From Bacilli bacterium (GTDB taxonomy: Bacteria; Bacillota_I; Bacilli_A; RFN20; CAG-826), in contig JAKSVH010000004.1 of the NCBI GenBank assembly GCA_024408085.1, positions 27,676 to 91,675 on the forward strand: 64,000 nucleotides of DNA. Direction: 5' to 3'. Below the pieces are notes generated by a model. That model did no database searches and was not told the origin of the DNA. It saw only the letters and a program-made list of their open reading frames with translations. The position numbers were made by a program, and so were the translations under genes. Shown in pieces: positions 1 to 8,440 of this stretch (positions within the stretch are counted from its first letter, which is position 1; each line of letters begins with the position of its first letter).

Positions 1-2324
1 GTGGTTATGAATGGAGAATTTATCAAAGTGAATCTCCAGTTTTGAATATTTCTGTTGATGAAGGTTATAAACTTAACGAAGTAATCATTGGCTTTACAAC
101 CGCTAATAACGGAGCATTGTTATTTAAAAATTCTCCTGTTAATTCTGGTGATTCAATTACAACTAGTTGTGGTTCTGTTTTCTTCTACGTAGGAAATAGT
201 TCTAGCGGAACAAGTGGACAAGTAAAAATTACGTCTATTGAAGTAACTTATAGTGGTGGTACTCCAAGTTCTAGAGTACTAGAAGATATTAGTATTAGCG
301 GTTCTTATCAAACTTCATATTTTGTCGGTGATCAACTTAATACAAGTGGTTTAATAACCACAGCCCAATTTAGTAATGGTTTATACGCTAAAGTAGAACC
401 TGTATTTTCAGGTTTTGACTCATCAGTTGCTGGCAATAAAACAATTACTGTTTCTTATAGTGAGAACAATGTCACTAAGTTTGATTCTTATTTAATCACT
501 GTAAGTAATGTTGTTCCGGTTGAAATTGTTTTATCAGGTAATTACAAGAAAACATTTATCGAAAATGAAGATTTTACCTACGATGGTTTAGTTGTTGTTT
601 GTAATTATAATAATGGCGATAGTAACCAAGTAACCAATTATGACGTAAGTGGTTATGATAAGACTAAATTAGGCAGTCAAACAATTACTGTTTCTTATGT
701 TGAAAAAGGAACAACTTTAACTAATACCTACACAGTTACAGTTGTTGCTGCCACTCCAGTCTCGTTAGAAATTGAAAGTAAACCATCAAAGACTTCCTAC
801 TTTGTAGGTGATGAATTTTCTGGTGCTGGAATCGTTGCAAAATGCACATTAGACAACGGAAGTGTTATCGATGTTTCAGATGACGTCACATTTAGTGATT
901 ATGATATGGACGAAATTGGTGAACAAACTGTAACAGTCAGTTATGCTGATGGAAACAAAACAGTAACCGACACTTATTTGATTACTGTGAATGCTGTTTT
1001 ACTTGATCACATAGTGATTACTTCCAAACCATCAAAGATTTCTTACTATGTAGGAGAAGAATTAAATACTGTCGGTTTAACGATCGAGGCATACTACAAC
1101 AACGGCAGCCATAAACAGGCAATTCCAACTAGTATTAGTGGTTATAACAAGAATCAAACTGGTAAACAAACTGTTATCGTTCATTTAAATGAATTAGGTA
1201 TAGAAAAAACGGCAACATTCGATGTTACTGTTAATGCGGTTGTTGCAGAATCAATCGTCTTATCAGGAGAATATAAGACTTCCTACATTGTAGGAGACAC
1301 CTTCTCAAGTGAAGGATTAATTGTTACAGCTAAGTATAACAACAAAACAGAAGCACAAGTTACACCAACAAGCATCGTTGGTTATGATATGCAAAAAGCC
1401 GGTGTTCAAACTGTAATAGTTTATTATGGCGATCTTTCTGCAACTTACAATATAACCGTTGAGGAAGTTCCTGTTGTTTTGTCGAGTATCTCTCTTTCTG
1501 GGGACTACCAAGAAGAGTTTATGTTGGGCGATGATTTTAATTCTGACGGATTAATCGTTACAGCTCATTACGACAACGGTACAAGCAAGGTAGTTGAACC
1601 TACTTCAATCAGCGGTTATGACATGTTTGAGGAAGGCGTTCAAGAAGTCCTTGTTGAATACGAAGAAAACGGGAAAACAATGGAAAATACCTATGAAATC
1701 TCGGTTATTTCACCTATAACTCTCTCTTCAATTAAGCTTTCTGGAACATACCAAAAAGAGTTCTACACAGGTGATGATTTTAGCTATGAAGGATTAAAGG
1801 TTACTGCAGTTTATTCTGATGGCACAACCAAGGATGTTAACTCATTTGAAGTAAGCGGATTTGACTCAACAAAAGTTGGTTATCAAACAATTAAAGTTTC
1901 TTATGAAGAAGATGGAACTACGGTTTCTACAACTTACACCGTAAAATTAATTCAGCTACAAGTTTCATATATTGAGTTAAGCGGAAACTACAAGACTGAA
2001 TATGAAGTCGGTGAAGCTTACTCAATGGAAGGCTTAGTTGTTACAGCTTACTATAACAACTCAACAAGTAAGGTTGTTTCACCAAGCTCAATTAGTGGTT
2101 ATAAAGGCACAAAAGCTGGAAATGAAATCATTACGGTTTCCTATAAGGAAAATGGTATTGAAGTATCAACGCGATATGTTGTTAAAATTACCGACAAAGA
2201 AACACCAGTTCCACCAAAAGAAGAAACAAATCTTCCAGTTATTGTCGGAGCTGCCGGTGGTGGAGTAGTTGGACTTGGTGCTATAATTACAATTATCTGT
2301 GTTGTTTTAAAGAAGAAACACTGA
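1..2324 (+). CDS. Surface protein with 8 tandem bacterial Ig-like (Big_3-type) repeats and a C-terminal membrane anchor; 5' end lies outside the window
   Basis: The frame is open from position 3 (GYEWRIYQSESP...). Eight ~80-aa repeats follow the pattern S-G-x-Y-K-T-x-Y-x-V-G-D/E-x-F-x-x-x-G-L-x-V-x-A-x-Y-x-N-G...G-Y-D...G-x-Q-T-x-x-V-x-Y. The protein ends in a hydrophobic helix plus KKKH. Confidence 0.85.
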   Translation, partial: GYEWRIYQSESPVLNISVDEGYKLNEVIIGFTTANNGALLFKNSPVNSGDSITTSCGSVFFYVGNSSSGTSGQVKITSIEVTYSGGTPSSRVLEDISISGSYQTSYFVGDQLNTSGLITTAQFSNGLYAKVEPVFSGFDSSVAGNKTITVSYSENNVTKFDSYLITVSNVVPVEIVLSGNYKKTFIENEDFTYDGLVVVCNYNNGDSNQVTNYDVSGYDKTKLGSQTITVSYVEKGTTLTNTYTVTVVAATPVSLEIESKPSKTSYFVGDEFSGAGIVAKCTLDNGSVIDVSDDVTFSDYDMDEIGEQTVTVSYADGNKTVTDTYLITVNAVLLDHIVITSKPSKISYYVGEELNTVGLTIEAYYNNGSHKQAIPTSISGYNKNQTGKQTVIVHLNELGIEKTATFDVTVNAVVAESIVLSGEYKTSYIVGDTFSSEGLIVTAKYNNKTEAQVTPTSIVGYDMQKAGVQTVIVYYGDLSATYNITVEEVPVVLSSISLSGDYQEEFMLGDDFNSDGLIVTAHYDNGTSKVVEPTSISGYDMFEEGVQEVLVEYEENGKTMENTYEISVISPITLSSIKLSGTYQKEFYTGDDFSYEGLKVTAVYSDGTTKDVNSFEVSGFDSTKVGYQTIKVSYEEDGTTVSTTYTVKLIQLQVSYIELSGNYKTEYEVGEAYSMEGLVVTAYYNNSTSKVVSPSSISGYKGTKAGNEIITVSYKENGIEVSTRYVVKITDKETPVPPKEETNLPVIVGAAGGGVVGLGAIITIICVVLKKKH

Positions 2325-2334
2325 GGTGAATAAG

Positions 2335-2796
2335 ATGGATGGAATTAAGATTCTAGTTAACAACTCTAAAGCCAAGTATCTCTATTTCTTAGAGGATTTT
2401 TTGGAGTGCGGAATTGAACTGAAAGGATCCGAAATTAAATCTATTCGTAAAAATGGAGCTTCCTTGACAGATTCTTACATAGTAATTAAGAATGATGAAG
2501 CATTTATTCTTAACATGCATATTGCTCCTTATGAACACGGAAATTCATTTAATCATGAACCAAATAGAACACGTAAACTTTTATTGCATAAAAACGAAAT
2601 TCTTAAGATGGGTAAAAAGGCAAAAGAAAAAGTTATGACAATTGTCCCAACAAAAGTTTATCTTAAGAAGGGTAAAGTAAAAGTTGAGATTGCTTTAGCA
2701 AAAGGTAAGAAATTATACGATAAAAGAGAAACCATCAAAAAGCGTGATGATGAACGCATGATGGCGAAGATGAAAAAAGGATTTGAAAAGCAGTGA
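2335..2796 (+). CDS. smpB: SsrA-binding protein SmpB
   Basis: Motifs ECGIELKGSEIKSIR, HIAPYEHG, RTRKLLLHKNEI and GKKLYDKRE. ATG 2335 follows SD GAGGTG; the ORF track starts at GTG 2326. Confidence 0.97.
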   Translation: MDGIKILVNNSKAKYLYFLEDFLECGIELKGSEIKSIRKNGASLTDSYIVIKNDEAFILNMHIAPYEHGNSFNHEPNRTRKLLLHKNEILKMGKKAKEKVMTIVPTKVYLKKGKVKVEIALAKGKKLYDKRETIKKRDDERMMAKMKKGFEKQ

Positions 2797-3348
2797 TTAT
2801 TCACTGCTTTTTCTTTCGAGTTTTCCTGCTTTCATAATCGGCTTGATAAGCAGTGGAATTAATATGATATAAACAATTGATGTTGCAATACTTGCAGCAG
2901 CTCTTGTTAACATTGTTATTGCAGTTAACACTGATGGGTAATTCATAATCACTCCATCAACGTAGATTACGATTGAATTTGAAACGGTAACAGCAATACC
3001 AGAAAGTATTACCGTTAAGACCCACCATTTTTTGTTTTCAAACACATCTTTTTTGCGCATCATAAAGCCTACAATTAATGCTCTGAAAACGTGTGGTAAA
3101 ATCCATAAAGCAGTGGTTGGTGTTAATCCATAAGCAGAAGTGAGTTGTGCGATAAATTCGCCGAAAATCGCCACAAAAACCCCATCCAATGGTCCAGAAA
3201 CACATGAAACAAAGACGAGTGGTAAACCCTTAAAAGTGATCTCTTGTCCAGGCAAACGAATCGAGATAAAAGATAACCCAATATAGAGTGCTAAATTGAG
3301 AGCAAGAAATGTGATTCTAAATACTGGTCTTTTATTTGCGAGTCTCAT
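2797..3348 (-). CDS. ECF transporter S component, folate (FolT)-like family
   Basis: 183 aa with ~6 TM helices; GPLDG..VAIFGEFIAQL and YGLTPTTALWILP resemble S components. The substrate is inferred. Confidence 0.7.
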   Translation of the reverse strand: MRLANKRPVFRITFLALNLALYIGLSFISIRLPGQEITFKGLPLVFVSCVSGPLDGVFVAIFGEFIAQLTSAYGLTPTTALWILPHVFRALIVGFMMRKKDVFENKKWWVLTVILSGIAVTVSNSIVIYVDGVIMNYPSVLTAITMLTRAAASIATSIVYIILIPLLIKPIMKAGKLERKSSE

Positions 3349-3391
3349 AAAAATTTATACCAACTTTTTACTTCTAAAATCGACGAGACAA

Positions 3392-3400
3392 ATTATAGCA
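3392..3400 (-). promoter_or_regulatory. Extended -10 promoter (TG-C-TATAAT) for the ECF S gene
   Basis: The reverse complement of attatagca is TGCTATAAT, ~44 nt upstream of the start codon. Confidence 0.6.
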
Positions 3401-3533
3401 CTATCTTATTAAATTAAAAATATTTTTTATGCGCCCGCAGTTTCAAGGTTAAACTGAGCGCGCGCGAGGCAAAAATTTTTACTTTTTGAAGCAAAAATAT
3501 TTTGTTAAACTCAATATTAGCGAGGTGAAATTT

Positions 3534-4217
3534 ATGAAAAAATCAAAACTCATCATTACAGTCTTAATGCTCGGTGGCCTTTGGGGCTTACTTGAAGCAA
3601 CTTTAGGAACTCTTTTACACTTAGATGCATTTGATTCAATTATTTTTGCATCAACAGCAGTTATGTTCCCAATTGCTTATATGATTTGTGGTAGAGCATA
3701 TAAAGTAACTGGCAAAGCCAGAACAGCCTTATATGTTGGTATTATTGCCGCAGCAATTAAAGCTATTTGTTTCTTCTTTGTTCCAATGGTTAATAAAGTT
3801 ATTAACCCAATGGTCGCAATTATTATGGAATCTGGAATTATGGCTGCAGCATTCGCGGTTACAAAACCAGAAAAGATTTGTTCATTAAAATCATTTGTTA
3901 CTTTCATGGTTGCATCGACACTTATTAGAACAGTTTATGTTGGCTACTCAATGGCAACAGCAGTCCCATTCCAAAGTGCATACATTGCTGATGGAATTGT
4001 TAACTGGAGCAAGATCATTGAATACGTTGTTACAATGAATGCAATCTCATTTGCTTATTGCGCTCTATACATGGGAATTGGTGTTGGAATTAAAGCACTT
4101 GAAAAGCGTCCAAATTTCGCAAAATTCACTGCAAAAGTCCAACATTTTGCCTATTCACCAGTCTTTGCAGCAGTCATGATTTGTGCAGCAGTTGTCTCCA
4201 CAATCTTCTTAAAATAA
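3534..4217 (+). CDS. Uncharacterised integral membrane protein, possibly ECF S-component-like
   Basis: ATG 3534 after SD GAGGTG; ~6-7 hydrophobic helices; motifs GLWGLLEATLG..LH and INPMVAIIME; has its own terminator. Confidence 0.6.
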   Translation: MKKSKLIITVLMLGGLWGLLEATLGTLLHLDAFDSIIFASTAVMFPIAYMICGRAYKVTGKARTALYVGIIAAAIKAICFFFVPMVNKVINPMVAIIMESGIMAAAFAVTKPEKICSLKSFVTFMVASTLIRTVYVGYSMATAVPFQSAYIADGIVNWSKIIEYVVTMNAISFAYCALYMGIGVGIKALEKRPNFAKFTAKVQHFAYSPVFAAVMICAAVVSTIFLK

Positions 4218-4239
4218 TTGTTTAAAAATTAATTAAAAT

Positions 4240-4268
4240 AAGGATTGCCACAGAGGCAGTCCTTTTTT
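4240..4268 (+). terminator. Rho-independent terminator
   Basis: aaggattgcc-acaga-ggcagtcctt followed by a T run. Confidence 0.85.
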
Positions 4269-4284
4269 GTTGTATAACAAATTA

Positions 4285-4313
4285 TTGAAACCTCTAACAT
4301 ATGCGTGTAAAAT
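4285..4313 (+). promoter_or_regulatory. sigma-A promoter of the molybdo-hydroxylase/purine catabolism operon
   Basis: TTGAAA-17 nt-TAAAAT, 26 nt upstream of ATG 4340. Confidence 0.65.
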
Positions 4314-4339
4314 ATAAGCACACACATGGGAGAAACTTA

Positions 4340-4909
4340 ATGGTAGGAATCATCCTCGCGGGCGGATGTTCAACCCGCGCCAAAGTTAATAAGCTCCTCC
4401 TGGAGGTAGATCGTAAACCTCTTATTCGTCATACAATTGACTCAATAAGAAACTACGTTGATGAAATCCTTGTTGTAACTGGAAGATATAATGATGAACT
4501 CGTTCCTCATTTATCTGATGTTAAGGTTATTTACAACAAGGATTTTTCTTTAGGCATGTTCACATCAGTGCTTGCTGGCGCACGCGCAAGCAAGGGCGAT
4601 GTGCTCATACTCCCAGGCGACATAACAAATGTGAATAATTTAACAATTGAAGCTTTGCTTCACGGAAACAAGGATATCCGCATTCCTTCTTATGAAGGAA
4701 AGACAGGACACCCTGTTTATATTTCTAAGAAATATGTTGAATTATTGTGTGAAGAATCAATTGATTCTAAACTCTGTGATTTTATTTCTAAACACAATGA
4801 TGTAGTGGAAATAATTCCAGTAGATGATCCATTTATCAATTTTGATATTGATACAATTGAAGATTACAACAAATTCATTGAATTACAAAGAAAGGAACTT
4901 ACTTTATGA
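4340..4909 (+). CDS. mocA: MocA/YgfJ-like molybdenum cofactor cytidylyltransferase (NTP_transf_3)
   Basis: Motifs GIILAGG-x-S-x-R...NKLLL, GMFTSV, LPGD, GHPV and DIDT-x-EDY; sits next to Xdh-family genes. Start at ATG 4340 after GGGAG. Confidence 0.8.
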   Translation: MVGIILAGGCSTRAKVNKLLLEVDRKPLIRHTIDSIRNYVDEILVVTGRYNDELVPHLSDVKVIYNKDFSLGMFTSVLAGARASKGDVLILPGDITNVNNLTIEALLHGNKDIRIPSYEGKTGHPVYISKKYVELLCEESIDSKLCDFISKHNDVVEIIPVDDPFINFDIDTIEDYNKFIELQRKELTL

Positions 4910-5673
4910 AAGCAAAATCTTTCCTAAGAGCATCTTCTTTAGAAGAGGCTTACAAGTTAGTCAAAGAGTCTCCTCGTAACAAAATTGTTGCAGGTGGCCT
5001 TTGGTTAAAGAAAGGAAACGCAGATGTCGACACACTAATCGATCTCTCACTTCTTGGTTTAGAGAAGATTGAAGACAAGAAAGATTATGTTGAAGTCGGC
5101 GCAATGGTTTCCCAAAGAGAACTTGAAAAATCTCCACTCGTACCAGAAGTTATTAGAGAAGCAACTAAAGCTATTATGGGCCCAGCATTTAGAGAAATCG
5201 CAACTGTTGGTGGTTCAGTTTATGGCAAGTATGGATTCTCTGATATCATTACAGTTTTACTTGCTCATCATGTGGAACTTGTCTTTTATCCTGAAGCAGT
5301 CATTACGCTTGATGAATATGTCAAAAAACCTGGGTTTTACGATGGAATTTTGACAAATATCCGTATTTTCAAGGATAAAAACAAAGCCTACTTTAAGAAG
5401 GTAGAAATTACAGCTTTAGATTATCCAATCCTTAATGTTGCAGTCGTGAAAGGCAAAGAATACAAGGTCGTTGTTGGTTCACGTCCTTTAGTTGCAGCAC
5501 TTTGTGAAAATTCAACGAAATACTTAAATGAGGGTGGCAAAGATTTTGCTAAAGCTGCTGAACTTGCAGTTGAAGAACTTAAGTTCGGAGATAGCATTGC
5601 TACTAAAAGTGCTTATCGTAAACAACTCGCACTCACATACGTAAGACGTGCTCTTGAGGAGGTATCTAAATAA
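4906..5673 (+). CDS. Xanthine dehydrogenase family FAD-binding subunit (YgfM-like)
   Basis: Motifs SLEEAY, VAGGLWL, LIDLS, REIATVGGSV and SAYRKQLA. Confidence 0.85.
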   Translation: MKAKSFLRASSLEEAYKLVKESPRNKIVAGGLWLKKGNADVDTLIDLSLLGLEKIEDKKDYVEVGAMVSQRELEKSPLVPEVIREATKAIMGPAFREIATVGGSVYGKYGFSDIITVLLAHHVELVFYPEAVITLDEYVKKPGFYDGILTNIRIFKDKNKAYFKKVEITALDYPILNVAVVKGKEYKVVVGSRPLVAALCENSTKYLNEGGKDFAKAAELAVEELKFGDSIATKSAYRKQLALTYVRRALEEVSK

Positions 5674-6125
5674 TGTTAGTCAAATTCAACCTTAATGGTT
5701 TAGACGTTGAAATCAACGTCAAACCTGGAGAGTATCTCTTAGATACACTTCGTAACTACGGAGTTAAATCCGTTAAAAAAGGCTGTGATGGTTCCTCATG
5801 CGGAGCATGTACAGTTTTAGTAGACGATAAACCAGTTTTATCTTGTTCACTTTTAACTGCAAAAGTTGAAGGTCACAAAGTGATGACTGTTGAATCAATC
5901 CAAGATGAAGCAGCAGCACTTTCTGAATGCTTCTCAAGAGAAGGTGCAGACCAATGCGGATTCTGTAACGCAGCATTCGCACTCATGGTGCACGCACTAA
6001 AGAAAGAAAATCCTCATCCAACCGATGAAGAAATCAAAGATTACATGGTTGGAAACCTTTGTAGATGCACAGGTTATCAATCTCAACAAAAAGCAATTAA
6101 AGCTTTCTTAGGAGGTAAGAAATAA
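5673..6125 (+). CDS. Xanthine dehydrogenase family [2Fe-2S] subunit
   Basis: Motifs KKGCDGSSCGACTV...SC, QCGFC and GNLCRCTGY. Confidence 0.93.
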   Translation: MLVKFNLNGLDVEINVKPGEYLLDTLRNYGVKSVKKGCDGSSCGACTVLVDDKPVLSCSLLTAKVEGHKVMTVESIQDEAAALSECFSREGADQCGFCNAAFALMVHALKKENPHPTDEEIKDYMVGNLCRCTGYQSQQKAIKAFLGGKK

Positions 6126-8440
6126 TGAAAAAGAATTTCAAAGTTGTTAATAACTTAACTCCTTCCGTTGACGGAAAAGGCTTAATGCAAGGTCGCGGTG
6201 TTTACACCGATGACTTAGCTCCACAAGGCGCTTTAATTGTTAAGATCTTAAGATCTCCACATGCATTCGCTAGAATTAAATCTATCGATGTCAGTGAAGC
6301 TGAAAAGTATCCAGGCGTTGCCTGTATTCTTACAAAAGATAACGTTCCTCACGTTTCATTTACACGTGCAGGCCAAGGTTATCCAGAACCATCACCATAC
6401 GACAAGTTCATCTTAGATGAATATGTTCGCTATGTCGGTGATGAAGTTGCCGCTGTTGCAGCAGTTGATGAAGAAACTGCTTTAGCAGCTATGAAATTAA
6501 TCAAAGTCGATTACGAGGTTTTAGAACCAGTTTTAGACTTTGAAAAAGCATTCGAAAACAAATCAGTTATCCACCCAGAAGATGGCATTCACGATATGTT
6601 CCCAATTGGTTTTGAACCAAAGAAGAACGTCGCAGCAGCCTACGAGATGGAAGTTGGTAACGTTGAAGAAGAATTAAAGAAATCTGAAGTTGTTGTCGAA
6701 GACACATTCTATTCACAAGCACAAGCTCACGCTATGATCGAGCCTCACACTTGTAACGCACGTTTAGACGAGCATAATAGACTTGTTGTTTACTCAACAA
6801 CTCAAACTCCATATCACATGCGTAGAATCATCTGCAAGACTTTGGGTCTTCCAGTTGATAGAGTTAGAGTCATTAAACCAAGAGTTGGTGGTGGCTTTGG
6901 TGGAAAGCAAGCTTTCCATGGGGAAATGTTTGTCTCCCTTGTTACTTTAAGAACCAATAGACCTGCAAAATGTGTTTACACTCGTGAAGAAGTCTTTGGT
7001 TGTTCATACACAAGACACCCAATGAGAATTTCTCTTAGAGTTGGCGCAAACAAAGATGGCGTTATTAACGCAATCGATTGTAGGACACTTTCTGATACAG
7101 GTGCTTATGGTGAACACGCATTGACAGTCTTTATGATTGTTGGCTCCAAGGTTTTACCACTTTATAACAAAGTTAAAGCTGTTAAATTCGGTGGTAAAGT
7201 TGTTTACACCAACCACGTATCTGCAGGCGCATATCGTGGATACGGCGCAATTCAAGGTAACTACGCTGTTGAGTCCATCATAGATGAACTCGCAGAAGCT
7301 CTTCACATGGATCCAATCAAACTTCGTGAGATTAACTCCATGAAAGAGCAAGAAACTTCACCAATCTTTAAGATTATGGGTGAAGGTACCGAAGGTACAG
7401 AAATGATTATGGAATCCTGCAAGCTTCCATATTGTATTAAACGTGGTAGAGAACTTATGGATTGGGACAAGAAATACCCAGTTAAGAAAGTTGGAGACCA
7501 CAAGATTAGATCAGTTGGCTGTGCCATTGCTATGCAAGGTTCAGGAATCCCATTCTTAGACATGGGTTCTTGTACAATCAAACTTAACGATGGTGGCTCT
7601 TACATGGTTACTGTCGGTGCAACTGATATTGGACAAGGTTCTGATACCGTTATTTCTCAAATTGTTGCAGAAGCACTTCAAACAACCATGGACAAAGTCA
7701 TTATCTATTCATCTGATACAGACTTAACTCCATACGATTGTGGTGCTTATGCTTCATCCACAACTTATGTTTCTGGCAATGCTGCATATAATGCAGCTTG
7801 CAAGATGAGAGAAAGACTCATTAAAGAAGCAGCAGTTGAACTTAAAGCAAAACCAGATGATGTTGAATTTGATGGTAAAGTCTTCAAAGCTGGAGATAAA
7901 GAAATCTCCTTAGTTGATTTATCAACTGGAAGACTTTACAACAACGATACACATCAAATTGCAGTTACAGAATCATACCACGGACACGTTTCTCCACCTC
8001 CATTTATGGCAGCATTCGGAGAATTCGAATTTGATACCGAAACTTATGAATACAAGATGATTAAGTACGTTACAGTTACGGATTGTGGCACAACAATCAA
8101 CCCAGCATTGGCCAAGGGCCAAGTTGAAGGCGGTATTATCCAAGGTTATGGTATGGCTTCTTCAGAAGCAGTTATCTATAACGAAAAAGGAAAACTCCTT
8201 TCAAATACATTTGATACTTATCACATTCCAACAGTTAAAGAAGTTGGAGAACTTGTTACCGAATTTGCTGATTCTTATGAACCAACAGGTCCATTCGGTG
8301 CTAAGTCAGTTGGTGAAATTGGTATTGATACTCCACCAGCAGTTTTATGCAACGCTGTTTATAACGCCTTTGGCGTAAGAATTCATCACTTACCAATTAC
8401 TCCAGAAAAGATTTTCGAGGCAATGAAGGAAAAGAAATAA
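6125..8440 (+). CDS. Xanthine dehydrogenase family molybdopterin-binding subunit (XdhD/YgfN-like)
   Basis: Motifs RSPHAFARI, VGGGFGGKQ, AYRGYG, DIGQG, GQVEGG and GAKSVGE. Confidence 0.92.
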   Translation: MKKNFKVVNNLTPSVDGKGLMQGRGVYTDDLAPQGALIVKILRSPHAFARIKSIDVSEAEKYPGVACILTKDNVPHVSFTRAGQGYPEPSPYDKFILDEYVRYVGDEVAAVAAVDEETALAAMKLIKVDYEVLEPVLDFEKAFENKSVIHPEDGIHDMFPIGFEPKKNVAAAYEMEVGNVEEELKKSEVVVEDTFYSQAQAHAMIEPHTCNARLDEHNRLVVYSTTQTPYHMRRIICKTLGLPVDRVRVIKPRVGGGFGGKQAFHGEMFVSLVTLRTNRPAKCVYTREEVFGCSYTRHPMRISLRVGANKDGVINAIDCRTLSDTGAYGEHALTVFMIVGSKVLPLYNKVKAVKFGGKVVYTNHVSAGAYRGYGAIQGNYAVESIIDELAEALHMDPIKLREINSMKEQETSPIFKIMGEGTEGTEMIMESCKLPYCIKRGRELMDWDKKYPVKKVGDHKIRSVGCAIAMQGSGIPFLDMGSCTIKLNDGGSYMVTVGATDIGQGSDTVISQIVAEALQTTMDKVIIYSSDTDLTPYDCGAYASSTTYVSGNAAYNAACKMRERLIKEAAVELKAKPDDVEFDGKVFKAGDKEISLVDLSTGRLYNNDTHQIAVTESYHGHVSPPPFMAAFGEFEFDTETYEYKMIKYVTVTDCGTTINPALAKGQVEGGIIQGYGMASSEAVIYNEKGKLLSNTFDTYHIPTVKEVGELVTEFADSYEPTGPFGAKSVGEIGIDTPPAVLCNAVYNAFGVRIHHLPITPEKIFEAMKEKK

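Noticed and set aside
270-2200. CRISPR array or DNA tandem repeat in the Ig-repeat gene
   Set aside because: The repetition is at the protein level and diverged in DNA; no identical spaced repeats or cas genes were seen anywhere in the window.
3349-3430. THF riboswitch upstream of the folate-like ECF S gene
   Set aside because: The extended -10 at 3392-3400 leaves a leader of only ~35 nt, and no THF aptamer pattern is visible.
2797-3500. tmRNA (ssrA) next to smpB
   Set aside because: The space is filled by a convergent CDS, and no tRNA-like GGGG...CCACCA ends were seen.
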